A stretch of 64,000 nucleotides of DNA from Bacteroidota bacterium (GCA_023434665.1 JAEYSM010000028.1:25142-89141), one strand, 5' to 3'. Positions 39,109 through 48,954 are shown, counted from the first letter of the stretch. The notes: a model not told the origin generated them from the sequence alone. Made by a program: numbers and translations.

Positions 39109-40464
39109 GCTTTCTTCCAATCCGTACAGTTTTATCTTGTTGTACAGGGTTTTACGATCAATATTTAATAGTTGAGCTGCTTTTGTTTTATTAAAATAAG
39201 TCCTTTTTAAAACACTTAGTATTGTAGCTTTTTCCTGTGATTCAGCCATACTTTTGAGATCCGTGGTAGATACGGCAGATTGATCATTGATTGTCTCCCT
39301 TACAAACATTACTGAAGGAAGATGTTGTTTGGTAATCATTCCATCAGAAGCTAAAAGCACAGACCGTCTGACAACATTTTTTATTTCGCGGATATTTCCA
39401 GGCCAGGAATAAGTAAGTAGGTGTTCAATAACTTCTTTGTCAAATCCTTTAACGTCCTTATCAAGCTCTCTGTTTGCTATTTCAAGGAAGTAATTGGCAA
39501 ATTGAAGAATATCCTCTCCCCTGTCTCTCAAAGGTGGAACAAAAATGCTAAACTCATTAAGCCGATGAAACAGATCTTCTCTGAAAGCACCTTTTTGAAC
39601 ATTAATAATGAGGTCTTCATTGGTAGCGCAAAGTATCCGCACATCTACTACTTCTTCTTTGGTACTTCCCATCTTGTGAACTTTCCGTTCCTGTGTAGCC
39701 CTGAGTAGTTTAAGTTGATTCTCATAAGAGAGGTTACCTATTTCATCAAGAAAAAGAGTACCGCCGTTAGCCATTTGAAATTGCCCTTCTTTTTCAAACT
39801 GAGCATCCGTAAAAGCGCCTTTTACATGTCCAAACAACTCACTTGCAGCCAATTCGTTTGGTAAAGCCCCACAATCAACAGCTACAAATGGCTTATGGCT
39901 GCGATTACTTTTCATATGGATCATGCGGGCAACATATTCCTTTCCTGTACCACTCTCACCCTGAATTATGACTGACATGTCGGTTGGAGCAATGAGATTT
40001 ATGTAATTCTCCACTTGTTGTGAGACTTCACTGGTACCCCGCATATAAATGAATATTCCAGAATTCTCCTGTGCTACTGACTCTTTAATCGGTTTATCAG
40101 GCTTCCCGGCTGCCAATGCACTTTGGATAATATTTAACAAGTCATCAGGATTCACTGGCTTTGTCATGTAATCAAAGGCCCCCCCTTTGATTGCGTTGAC
40201 GGCAGACCGTATATCACCATACCTGGTCATAAGTATGATGGGCACCTCATTATTGATTTTCTTTAATTCACCAATTAATTCTAATCCATCAATGTCAGGT
40301 AAACGATAATCGGTAAGAATAACATCGAACTTCTGATCCTTCAGTGCTTTAATGGCTTTACTTGCAGTATAAGCTTCAAACACATTAAAACCTTTGTTTG
40401 ACAAGTAAGATTTGAGCATCAGGCTGAAAGTAGGATCATCATCAACGATCAATATTCTGGTCAT
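39103..40464 (-). CDS. Sigma-54-dependent response regulator (NtrC family)
   Basis: 453 aa. REC (DVILTDYRLPDIDG), AAA+ domain with GESGTGKE and GAFTDA loops, Fis-type HTH. Confidence 0.92.
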   Translation of the reverse strand: MTRILIVDDDPTFSLMLKSYLSNKGFNVFEAYTASKAIKALKDQKFDVILTDYRLPDIDGLELIGELKKINNEVPIILMTRYGDIRSAVNAIKGGAFDYMTKPVNPDDLLNIIQSALAAGKPDKPIKESVAQENSGIFIYMRGTSEVSQQVENYINLIAPTDMSVIIQGESGTGKEYVARMIHMKSNRSHKPFVAVDCGALPNELAASELFGHVKGAFTDAQFEKEGQFQMANGGTLFLDEIGNLSYENQLKLLRATQERKVHKMGSTKEEVVDVRILCATNEDLIINVQKGAFREDLFHRLNEFSIFVPPLRDRGEDILQFANYFLEIANRELDKDVKGFDKEVIEHLLTYSWPGNIREIKNVVRRSVLLASDGMITKQHLPSVMFVRETINDQSAVSTTDLKSMAESQEKATILSVLKRTYFNKTKAAQLLNIDRKTLYNKIKLYGLEESL

Positions 40465-40519
40465 GTATTTTTAGCTGTCGTTATCCTATAAACAACGTTC
40501 ATAGTCTAATGTTGTCAAT

Positions 40520-40527
40520 TATATTTG
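40520..40527 (+). promoter_or_regulatory. -7 box TATATTTG for the beta-mannosidase gene
   Basis: TAnnTTTG match 55 nt upstream of the ATG at 40583. Confidence 0.4.
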
Positions 40528-40582
40528 TTTCAGTATATCGTCAAATAAACTTCGGTATCTTAGCACGACCAAGTATAATGGA

Positions 40583-43183
40583 ATGAGGCCAACTATATCA
40601 ATATTATTACTATTGTGCTTCAGTTTATCTGTAATGTCACAAGATATTAACCTAAAGAAGGATAAAACGGTTCAACTAAATTCATGGGAATTCCGGCAAA
40701 GTGGATCAAATAAATGGTACCCTGCAACTATCCCGGGCACCATTCATACAGATCTTCTTGACAATGAATTAATTAAAGATCCTTTTTACAGAATCAACGA
40801 AGATGATCTACAATGGATAGATAAAGTAAACTGGGAGTATAAAACCACTTTTGAACTGCAACCCGGTTTGTCACATGATAATATCATTTCCCTTGTATTT
40901 GAGGGTTTAGATACTTATGCTGAAGTCTTTTTAAATGGTCAGTTGATTCATAAAAACAAAAATATGTTTGTCAAGACGGCCATACCCTTGGATAATAAAC
41001 TTCTACAGCAGAAAAATGAATTGATAGTATATTTTAAATCACCGGTTATGGCAGGCCTTTCCGAGCTGGAAAAATACGGGCTGGCGCTTCCTGCTGACAA
41101 CGATCAATCTCAAAAGGGTGGATTGGGTGATAACAGAGTAAGTGTATTTACCCGAAAAGCTCCATATCATTATGGATGGGATTGGGGACCGAGATTAGTC
41201 ACTTCAGGCATTTGGAAAGAAGTATATATTGTTGTTGCAAATACCTGTTCTATTATAGATCTCAGCATAAATCAAATTAAATTGGAGGAAAAACTGGCAT
41301 CGCTGAATGCTGAAATAGAACTTGATGTTTTAAAAGACACTCCTTTGGTTATTGAGATTTTAGCCGAAGGAAAACAAGTGGCTAAAAAAGAAATAAATGG
41401 GACAGAATTAATTACCAAAAGTCCATCAAAAATCAATATACCCTTTAAAATTCAAAATCCCCTATTATGGTGGCCCAATGGGCATGGGAAGCAAAATTTG
41501 TACAACATTGAGGTTAAAATATTGGCAGGCACAGAATTGATTGATGAAAAAAGCACCACGATAGGCTTAAGGAACATCAGACTTATAAGAATGCCGGATA
41601 AGCAGGGAGAGACGTTTTACTTTGAGGTTAATGAGAAACCAGTTTTTGCAAAAGGTGCTAATTACATACCTAATGATGTATTTCTTCCAAGAGTTTCGCC
41701 TGAGAAATATGAATTTATTATTTCATCTGCGGCAAAAGCAAATATGAACATGTTGAGAGTTTGGGGTGGAGGAATCTATGAAAGTGATCTTTTTTATGAC
41801 CTATGTGATAAATATGGAATTATGGTTTGGCAGGATTTTATGTTTGCTTGTGCGATGTATCCTGGGTCAACCGAATTCCTGGAACAAGTAAGTATTGAAG
41901 CCGAACAAAATATAAAAAGACTCCGAAACCACCCTTGCATTGCACTTTGGTGCGGTAATAACGAAATTGAAATAGCATGGGCTGAATATGAGGAAAACCG
42001 GGGTTGGGGATGGAAACAAAGATATTCATTGCAAGATCGACAAAAAATATGGCGTGCCTACGATACTATATTTCATAACATTTTACCGGGGCTTGTAGAG
42101 ATGTATTCTCCCCAAATTCCTTACTGGCCTTCCTCACCCTCAGCTGGAAAAGGGAAACTTGCAAGTCATGCTAATACATCAGGAGATATGCATTATTGGG
42201 GCGTTTGGCATGGCAATGATCCACTTGAAAAATTCGCTGATTATAAAGCCAGATTCATGAGTGAATATGGGTTCCAATCTTTTCCGGAATTTGAAAGTGT
42301 CAAGAAATTCTCGGAGCCAACTGATTGGGACATTAATTCGGAGGTCATGAAGTCACATCAAAGAAGCTATATCGGCAACAATCGGATTATAGAATACTTA
42401 GCCGCTTATTATGATGTGCCTTCGCAATTTGAAGATCTTTTATACCTGGGTCAAATTTTGCAGGCAGAGGCTATAAAAAACGCCATTGAGAGTCACCGGG
42501 CTGATATGCCATATTGCATGGGATCCCTTTACTGGCAGCTGAATGATTGTTGGCCAGTTGCATCATGGTCTGGAATAGATTATTATGGCAGATGGAAAGC
42601 ATTGCATTATTATGCAAGAGAAAGTTTCAAGCCACAGATTGTACGAACAGAAGTGAAAGATGGCAAAATAAAAATTAAAGGGATTTCTGATATTAAAGGT
42701 CGTCAGGTTTCTCTAAAAGTGAATTTATTAGATTTTCAGGGTTTATCGATATGGAACCGGAATTATCAGGTGCATATGCCAAACAATTCTTCGGTTACTC
42801 TTACCGAAATAGACTTAGAAAAGATTCCTGCTTTAAAGAACAGCAGTTCAGCTTTGTTATATGTTTCACTTGTCAGCGATAGTCACCTTATTGATTCGGA
42901 TATATTTTATTTTAAAAGGCCAAAAGAGCTCAAATTGCCCTATCCGGACATTCATATCCATATACGAGAGAAGACAGATAGGTACGAACTTGAAATTACA
43001 AGTGATAAACTGTGCAAAAACCTAATGCTTATTAGTGAAGGCAATTCATATTCCTTTTCAGATAATTATTTCGATTTATTGCCTGGTGAAACTAAAGTCG
43101 TTACTGTTTTTTCAACACTCCCCTATCTTGAATTTGAAAAGAAACTGAGCTATATTCATCTGCAACAAGTACTCAACCAATAA
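40583..43183 (+). CDS. GH2-family beta-mannosidase
   Basis: 866 aa. Signal peptide, W.F......WY.A.IPGT.HTDL N-terminus, WCGNNE acid/base region. Length and architecture fit beta-mannosidases. Confidence 0.85.
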   Translation: MRPTISILLLLCFSLSVMSQDINLKKDKTVQLNSWEFRQSGSNKWYPATIPGTIHTDLLDNELIKDPFYRINEDDLQWIDKVNWEYKTTFELQPGLSHDNIISLVFEGLDTYAEVFLNGQLIHKNKNMFVKTAIPLDNKLLQQKNELIVYFKSPVMAGLSELEKYGLALPADNDQSQKGGLGDNRVSVFTRKAPYHYGWDWGPRLVTSGIWKEVYIVVANTCSIIDLSINQIKLEEKLASLNAEIELDVLKDTPLVIEILAEGKQVAKKEINGTELITKSPSKINIPFKIQNPLLWWPNGHGKQNLYNIEVKILAGTELIDEKSTTIGLRNIRLIRMPDKQGETFYFEVNEKPVFAKGANYIPNDVFLPRVSPEKYEFIISSAAKANMNMLRVWGGGIYESDLFYDLCDKYGIMVWQDFMFACAMYPGSTEFLEQVSIEAEQNIKRLRNHPCIALWCGNNEIEIAWAEYEENRGWGWKQRYSLQDRQKIWRAYDTIFHNILPGLVEMYSPQIPYWPSSPSAGKGKLASHANTSGDMHYWGVWHGNDPLEKFADYKARFMSEYGFQSFPEFESVKKFSEPTDWDINSEVMKSHQRSYIGNNRIIEYLAAYYDVPSQFEDLLYLGQILQAEAIKNAIESHRADMPYCMGSLYWQLNDCWPVASWSGIDYYGRWKALHYYARESFKPQIVRTEVKDGKIKIKGISDIKGRQVSLKVNLLDFQGLSIWNRNYQVHMPNNSSVTLTEIDLEKIPALKNSSSALLYVSLVSDSHLIDSDIFYFKRPKELKLPYPDIHIHIREKTDRYELEITSDKLCKNLMLISEGNSYSFSDNYFDLLPGETKVVTVFSTLPYLEFEKKLSYIHLQQVLNQ

Positions 43184-43196
43184 ATTGGATAAAAGA

Positions 43197-43227
43197 AGAG
43201 GCTGTATTCTATTGTGAAACAGCCTCT
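43197..43227. terminator. Hairpin terminator between convergent genes
   Basis: 9-bp stem AGAGGCTGT/ACAGCCTCT, 13-nt loop, A-rich and T-rich flanks. Confidence 0.6.
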
Positions 43228-43231
43228 TTGG

Positions 43232-43453
43232 TTACTGGTCATCTTCTACTGGCCTGTTTTTAATGTGATTTATCACAATCTGATTCAATGAGTCATAGTA
43301 GTCCTGAAGAATCTGGCTATTAACCTCAGGTGAAGAATCACTTGGAACTGTTATTGGCATCTCTCCGATATAAGGAGTTAGTTCTGGATGCTTCTCCTGA
43401 ATTAAGGATAGAAGTTCCATAATTTTAATGTTCAGATCCTCTTGCGACTGCAT
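43232..43453 (-). CDS. Hypothetical small acidic protein
   Basis: 73-aa ORF, 37 nt downstream of the beta-barrel gene on the same strand. No family recognised. Confidence 0.4.
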   Translation of the reverse strand: MQSQEDLNIKIMELLSLIQEKHPELTPYIGEMPITVPSDSSPEVNSQILQDYYDSLNQIVINHIKNRPVEDDQ

Positions 43454-43490
43454 ACGTGCTCCTTAGTTTTTGTATATCTTGATAAAATAA

Positions 43491-44132
43491 TCAGAATCTT
43501 AATCCCAAAGTTAATGAGAGCCATTGATTCTTATAGCGCGGGGTTTCAGATGTTCCATCATCATGATTCTGCTGAAGGTCCCATCCTGCTTTTCCAGTTA
43601 CAGTAACTGCATTAAAGTTAAATTCAGCACCAAAAATAAGTCCGAAGATATTCTCCTGGATTTTATCATTTTTAATATGCTCTTCTTCAACAAAGGTCAA
43701 ACTACCTGCATCAATTTGATCTTTCCTGCTCAAAAGAAATGAGTACTGTGGCCCTCCTAGTAACGAGAAGTTCTTAGCAGGACTGAATTTTAATTGTAAT
43801 GGAAAATCTATATGATTTGTAGTACGGGTAATGGAGTAATGCTTGCTGGCATACACTGCGTCACCTTTAAATCCCTTTTGTATAAATACAGCTTCCGGCT
43901 GGAAACCAAGGTAACGACCTATTGGAATAGATAATAGTACTCCTGCAGTAGCACCTAGTTTACCATCTGCCACAAATTCATCACCTCGTTCATCATAAAC
44001 GTTACTATAAACTCCACCGGCAGTTATTCCAAACTGCAATTTCTCACGGTTATCTTCAGTTTCATTTTGGGCAAATAAAAAAGCCGGATATAAGAATAGA
44101 ACTCCTATAAATATCAGAATTTTCGTTTTCAT
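43491..44132 (-). CDS. Outer-membrane beta-barrel protein (porin-family / OMP_b-brl_2-like)
   Basis: 213 aa. Signal peptide ending LFAQ, alternating strands, C-terminal LTLGLRF. Confidence 0.7.
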   Translation of the reverse strand: MKTKILIFIGVLFLYPAFLFAQNETEDNREKLQFGITAGGVYSNVYDERGDEFVADGKLGATAGVLLSIPIGRYLGFQPEAVFIQKGFKGDAVYASKHYSITRTTNHIDFPLQLKFSPAKNFSLLGGPQYSFLLSRKDQIDAGSLTFVEEEHIKNDKIQENIFGLIFGAEFNFNAVTVTGKAGWDLQQNHDDGTSETPRYKNQWLSLTLGLRF

Positions 44133-44216
44133 AAGTTTAAAAGTTTAATTAACAATGAGCCTGTTGGGCAGGCTAATGCTCAAATTGAAACATCTCTGCA
44201 AAGTTCATACATATTA

Positions 44217-44254
44217 TGTAAATCATTGTTACACAAACGTTTGAATGATTTACA
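44217..44254. promoter_or_regulatory. Perfect 11-bp inverted repeat TGTAAATCATT-N16-AATGATTTACA
   Basis: Read directly from the sequence. The spacer holds the 10-bp palindrome CAAACGTTTG, and a further half-site AATGATTT is at 44273..44280. It sits just upstream of a near-consensus minus-strand -7 box (44199..44206). Confidence 0.5.
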
Positions 44255-44331
44255 TTTTTATAAACTTAATAAATGATTTCTGGGTCACACGGTTATATTC
44301 GGGAAATTTCAGTTTCTAATTGGCTCTTCAG

Positions 44332-45192
44332 CTATCCCAAAGGAATACTAAATACCACCTCAGTTCCCCCAGCGGGACGTTGTCTTATTGCCAGTCTTCC
44401 ATTATGTCGCTCAATGAATTCCTTACAAAAGGACAATCCCAGACCTTTGTATCTCTCTTCTTTAGTTTCATGGGTTTGTTGCTGAGTTGAAGTTAATTCT
44501 CTGAGGAAATTTTCATCTATTCCCGGACCTGTATCTGAGATAGTTATCTCAATCGATTTATTAGATTTGTGAGCAGATATGATAACCTCTCCTCCATAAT
44601 TATTATACTGAACTGCATTAGTTATCAGATTCCTGAAAATAGTCTCAAGCATATTTGCATCAGCCATGACTGTTAAATCATGAGGAATCAGACTATTTAT
44701 CTTAATCTTCATTAAGACAGCCTCAGATTTAACATTGTCAATTGAACGCATAACAATAGGATGAATATAAATCTTCTCAGGTTTAAATCTCTCTTCGCCC
44801 TCGTCCATTATTGCCCAATCAAGCAAATTATCCAGTAGTTTCAATGAGCATTTTGTTGAGTTGTAAATAGTCTCATGGTAGTTATTGAGAACATTAATGG
44901 GTAAGTCTTTTTCTTTAATTAAATCAAGTACGGCAATTATTCCACTATAGGGACTTCTCAGGTCATGTGCAATTAATGAAAGCATTTTATGATGACGTTT
45001 AAGAATCAATTCAGTATTCTGCTTTTCAATAATCAACCTTTTCTTTAATCGAATATTCTCACTTACTAATTCGCTAATTTTCAAATTAGGAGAGCTGTTA
45101 TCTTTTTCAGGGATTGATTTTGGAAAATGATAATTATTAATATTTTGCCTAATTAATTGATTAATATGCTTTTGGTCGTGATTTGTTTTCAT
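44332..45192 (-). CDS. Sensor-less soluble histidine kinase
   Basis: 286 aa, no TM or recognisable input domain. Coiled coil, then H-box AHDLRSPY and HATPase_c (DTGPGI..GLGLS). Its ATG is 6 nt after the ligD stop. Confidence 0.85.
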   Translation of the reverse strand: MKTNHDQKHINQLIRQNINNYHFPKSIPEKDNSSPNLKISELVSENIRLKKRLIIEKQNTELILKRHHKMLSLIAHDLRSPYSGIIAVLDLIKEKDLPINVLNNYHETIYNSTKCSLKLLDNLLDWAIMDEGEERFKPEKIYIHPIVMRSIDNVKSEAVLMKIKINSLIPHDLTVMADANMLETIFRNLITNAVQYNNYGGEVIISAHKSNKSIEITISDTGPGIDENFLRELTSTQQQTHETKEERYKGLGLSFCKEFIERHNGRLAIRQRPAGGTEVVFSIPLG

Positions 45193-45198
45193 TGTGAG

Positions 45199-47733
45199 TT
45201 ATTTTAGTTTTTCTAGCCGCTGTAATATGCGACCGATATTTACAGGATTTTTAAGTACACCCTGCCACAAGTCTCCTTTTTGCTTTAACCGTTCCTCCAT
45301 ATTATGTATAGTAAACATTTGCGGAGAAAGTTTGTGATTAACCTCATCCCACTCAAGAGGTGCAGATACAGTAGCTAAAGGCCTTGGTCTTACACTGTAA
45401 GGAGCGGCAATAGTCTGACCTTTGCGATTTTGTAAAAAATCCACATATATTTTATTACCTCGCTTCGATACTGTTCTTTCGACAGTTGTGACTTCCGGTA
45501 TCCTTGATTGTGTTATGTTGGCTAATATTTCTGCAAAGGTCTTCACCTGGTCATAGTCATATTTTGCTCCTAATGGAATGTATATATGAAGACCTGTGGC
45601 ACCACTTGTCTTACAATAAGAATTAATTTTCAGCTCGTCGCACAATTCCTTTACAACCAAAGCTGTATTAACCACTTCTTTAAATGAAATTTCACCAGGA
45701 TCCAGGTCAAGCATCATATAGTCGGGGTAATCAGGATTATTATACCGGCTGTGCCAAGGATTAATTTCTATTGAGCCAAGATTAATCATATATAACAGGC
45801 TCGGAAGATCATTTACAATCAGGTAGTCAATTTCCCGGTTATTGGATTTTGAATACATCTGGGCTGTTTTAATCCATTTTGGTAATTGATTTACTTCCAT
45901 GTCTTTTTGATAAAAGCTTGGTCCTTTTATTCCGCTTGGAAACCTGTTCAGAGATTGTGGTCTGTTTTTCAGATATGGTAAAATAAATTTGCTGATCTTT
46001 TCGTAATACGTTAATAAATCTCCCTTTGTTATTCCTTCACCTGGCCAGTATTCCTTACTTAGGTTTGTCAACTTCAGCTCTTTGCGTCCAAATTTTAATA
46101 TTTGTTCCTTTTCGCGACTAATAATTGATTCTGATTGCATTTTACTCTCTGCTAGCTGATTAATATTTTCCGGTTCCTCTATGGCAACTTCCTGAGCCAC
46201 CTTGTCAATTCTTAATCCGAGGAATACGGGATTGCGCATAATCTTTTCATTAGTCCACGAAAGAAATTTAACATTGCATACAAGTTCAGGAGTTAACCAA
46301 ACAGGTTTACCGCGACTGTAATGAGAAGTTTTCAGTTCCAATGTTTTCTTTTCAGTCCGCTTTTTCTGAAATTCATCATACAATTCTTTTAATGATTCAT
46401 CATTAAAGCCTGTTCCCACATTTCCAATGTGAACTAACCTACCTTTTTCAAAGGCCCCTAGAATTAAGGATCCAAAATATTTCCGGCTGTTTTGTGGCAT
46501 AGTATAGCCACAAATTATAGCCTCTTGCGACATGGTAATTTTGGATTTGAGCCATTGCCGGCTTCTTTTACCGGGGAGATAGGTGCTATTGATTTCTTTG
46601 GCAATAATCCCTTCATAGCCTCCTTGCGATAATTGCTCAAATAAGTCCTGCCCCTGTTCTCTGACAAAGGGTGACAGAACAACATTTTTAAAAGAATAAT
46701 TTTTAAACAGCTCGGATAATAATTCTTTTCTGTCAAGTAAGGGGAGATGAATAATTGAATGATTATTCAAATACAACAAGTCAAAAACATAATAAATCAA
46801 TCTCCCCTGTTGAGTCCTTATATAATTTTGTAACTGCTGGAAATCACTAATTCCGTTCTCATCTTCAATCACAATTTCACCATCCAGAATTGTATTATCC
46901 TTAATTTTGACTAGTTCCTTAATAATAGGCTCAAATTGTTTATTAAAGTTATTCCCATTTCTTGATACCATATCTGGGTGCCCATTGTTAACCATTGTTA
47001 GCGCCCTGTAGCCATCATATTTTACTTCAAAAATCCACTTTGGATCATCATTAATATTTTTTACAAGGGTAGCTAGCATAGGTCGCTTATGTGATTCCCA
47101 TGCTTCCTGAATTGTTGGTCCGGACTTGAGCTTACGTTCACGCTTGTTATTTTGGTTCCTTTTGATTTTTACATTACCGGACGAGATAACCGGCTTCAAT
47201 GATTCAATATCGAAACTTTCGAGATTAAAGGCGTCTTTTTTCTTAATCAACAACCAGTTATTTCCCTTGTCACTTTTAATTCGTACTATGGCAAAAGCAC
47301 CTTTAATATACTTTCCATTAAAAACAATTTTCAAATCGCCCTTTTCTAATTGTTTCTGCAAATGTTTTTCCTGATTGGTTTCCTCAGGAGCCTTGTAGGC
47401 AGCATAAGTTCCCTGATCAAAAATATCCATCACTCCGGCACCATAATTACCTTCAGGGATTACGCCATAAAAATCAAGATATTCTATTGGATGATCTTCT
47501 ACCATAACAGCCAGACGCTTATCACCAGCCAACATAGATGGGCCTTTTGGGACAGCCCAACTTTTCAAAACCCCGTCTAATTCAAGTCTAAGGTCATAGT
47601 GTAACCGGGTAGCGTCATGACGTTGAATAACAAACCTGAGCTCTTTGCTTTTTACGGCTTTTTTACCTGAAGGTTCAGGTGTCTGTTTAAAATCTCTTTT
47701 TGATTTATATTTGGAGAGTCCCATTTTTGGCAT
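45199..47733 (-). CDS. ligD: ATP-dependent DNA ligase D (phosphoesterase-ligase-polymerase order)
   Basis: 844 aa. N-terminal PE domain (FVIQRHDATRLHYDLRLE), ligase motif I EVKYDGYR, C-terminal primase-polymerase domain. Confidence 0.93.
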   Translation of the reverse strand: MPKMGLSKYKSKRDFKQTPEPSGKKAVKSKELRFVIQRHDATRLHYDLRLELDGVLKSWAVPKGPSMLAGDKRLAVMVEDHPIEYLDFYGVIPEGNYGAGVMDIFDQGTYAAYKAPEETNQEKHLQKQLEKGDLKIVFNGKYIKGAFAIVRIKSDKGNNWLLIKKKDAFNLESFDIESLKPVISSGNVKIKRNQNNKRERKLKSGPTIQEAWESHKRPMLATLVKNINDDPKWIFEVKYDGYRALTMVNNGHPDMVSRNGNNFNKQFEPIIKELVKIKDNTILDGEIVIEDENGISDFQQLQNYIRTQQGRLIYYVFDLLYLNNHSIIHLPLLDRKELLSELFKNYSFKNVVLSPFVREQGQDLFEQLSQGGYEGIIAKEINSTYLPGKRSRQWLKSKITMSQEAIICGYTMPQNSRKYFGSLILGAFEKGRLVHIGNVGTGFNDESLKELYDEFQKKRTEKKTLELKTSHYSRGKPVWLTPELVCNVKFLSWTNEKIMRNPVFLGLRIDKVAQEVAIEEPENINQLAESKMQSESIISREKEQILKFGRKELKLTNLSKEYWPGEGITKGDLLTYYEKISKFILPYLKNRPQSLNRFPSGIKGPSFYQKDMEVNQLPKWIKTAQMYSKSNNREIDYLIVNDLPSLLYMINLGSIEINPWHSRYNNPDYPDYMMLDLDPGEISFKEVVNTALVVKELCDELKINSYCKTSGATGLHIYIPLGAKYDYDQVKTFAEILANITQSRIPEVTTVERTVSKRGNKIYVDFLQNRKGQTIAAPYSVRPRPLATVSAPLEWDEVNHKLSPQMFTIHNMEERLKQKGDLWQGVLKNPVNIGRILQRLEKLK

Positions 47734-47776
47734 GAGCTGGCGTTCTACATATACTAAAAACCATAAAATAATGAAG

Positions 47777-48547
47777 CTATATGGCTTTCTTCTTGGTTAA
47801 ACTAGCCTTCAATTGTTCCATCAAATCTTGTGATTTGTGAGGGCTAATACGATACTTTTTAACTTTCGGAGCCTTTCCATTTGCTTTATCTTCTATTACT
47901 TTCCTGAGTGTGGCAGCATATTCATCCTTAAAATCATTGATATTGAACTCAGAAGTATATTGATCTATCAACGTCAATGCGATCTTCAATTCAGGAGCTT
48001 TTACATCTGTTTTAGCCGGTAGATTAAGATCGCCATAATCTCTAACTTCTTCGGCGAACCTTATCTTACTTAACACAAGCACATCATCCTTTGGCTTTAA
48101 AACAGTAAGGGCAGCCGCTGTTCTCATAACAAACTGGGCCACTCCTACTTTACCGGATTTCTTTAATGCTTCTCTTAAGAGTGCATAAGCTTTAACGCCC
48201 GACTTCTCAGGCTCTACATAGTAAGAATTTTCGAAATAGATGGAATCAATGTCTTTCTCAGTGACAAACTGATTTACTTCAATTATTTTGCTTTTCTCCG
48301 GGGCAGCTTTTTCAAAATCTTCATCATCAAGTACAATAAAATTGTCATTGTACTTGAAGGCCTTCGCGATATTATCCCATTCAACTTCACGTCCTGTATT
48401 CTCATTGACACGCAGATACCTTATTTTACCAAGATCTCTGCGATCAACCATTTCAAGGTTTAGACTACTCTGTTGAGTAGCACTGTAAAGTTTAACCGGA
48501 ATATTTACTAAGCCAAAGCTAATTGCTCCTTTCCATATAGATCTCAT
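47777..48547 (-). CDS. ku: Ku DNA end-binding protein
   Basis: 256 aa. The N-terminus MRSIWKGAISFGLVNIPVKLY is diagnostic. Confidence 0.95.
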   Translation of the reverse strand: MRSIWKGAISFGLVNIPVKLYSATQQSSLNLEMVDRRDLGKIRYLRVNENTGREVEWDNIAKAFKYNDNFIVLDDEDFEKAAPEKSKIIEVNQFVTEKDIDSIYFENSYYVEPEKSGVKAYALLREALKKSGKVGVAQFVMRTAAALTVLKPKDDVLVLSKIRFAEEVRDYGDLNLPAKTDVKAPELKIALTLIDQYTSEFNINDFKDEYAATLRKVIEDKANGKAPKVKKYRISPHKSQDLMEQLKASLTKKKAI

Positions 48548-48612
48548 AGTAAAACAAGTTACAATTTAGGTTAGGGAGTAAGAGCAATAGAGAAAGCTTT
48601 TCAGAAGCGTGA

Positions 48613-48765
48613 TTAAACGCTTCGACCCTGAATAAGCCTTAGAATAATTGCAATTACAGCAATGACCAAAAGAATGTGAATTAATCCCCCGGCACTATAT
48701 CCAAGAAAACCGATAGCCCAGGCAATAATCAAAATTACAGCAATGATATAAAGTAAGTTTCCCAT
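48613..48765 (-). CDS. lmo0937-family small membrane protein (not in the ORF track)
   Basis: Hand translation gives MGNLLYIIAVILIIAWAIGFLGYSAGGLIHILLVIAVIAIILRLIQGRSV (50 aa). Confidence 0.6.
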   Translation of the reverse strand: MGNLLYIIAVILIIAWAIGFLGYSAGGLIHILLVIAVIAIILRLIQGRSV

Positions 48766-48848
48766 AGTAATTGTGTTTTAGTTGGTTTGTTAATTCTCTT
48801 TTTCAATGTGAATAGCTTCAAAATCGCTAATGTCACATAGGTTAATTG

Positions 48849-48856
48849 CAAAAATA
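48849..48856 (-). promoter_or_regulatory. -7 box (TATTTTTG on the minus strand) upstream of the lmo0937-family gene
   Basis: CAAAAATA on the plus strand, 84 nt upstream of the ATG at 48765. Confidence 0.4.
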
Positions 48857-48954
48857 CCCTTACCAAGCCCTGAATGCTTTATATTTCTTTCTTAATATCT
48901 TACATCATTTATTACTAAAACTTTTAATCCTTGTTTCATAGCCAAATTCCTTAA

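Noticed and set aside
40465-40582. Looked for a sigma-54 (-24 GG / -12 GC) promoter next to the NtrC-family gene. CGGTATCTTAGCACG was considered.
   Set aside because: The GG-to-GC spacing is 9 nt, not about 12, and the flanks do not match TGGCAC/TTGC.
48558-48566. Third copy of the ECF -35 word AATTGTAAC (minus strand), just upstream of ku.
   Set aside because: It ends only 10 nt before the well-supported Ku ATG, so there is no room for a spacer and -10 element. No GTCTTA follows. A single 9-mer hit is expected by chance at this composition.
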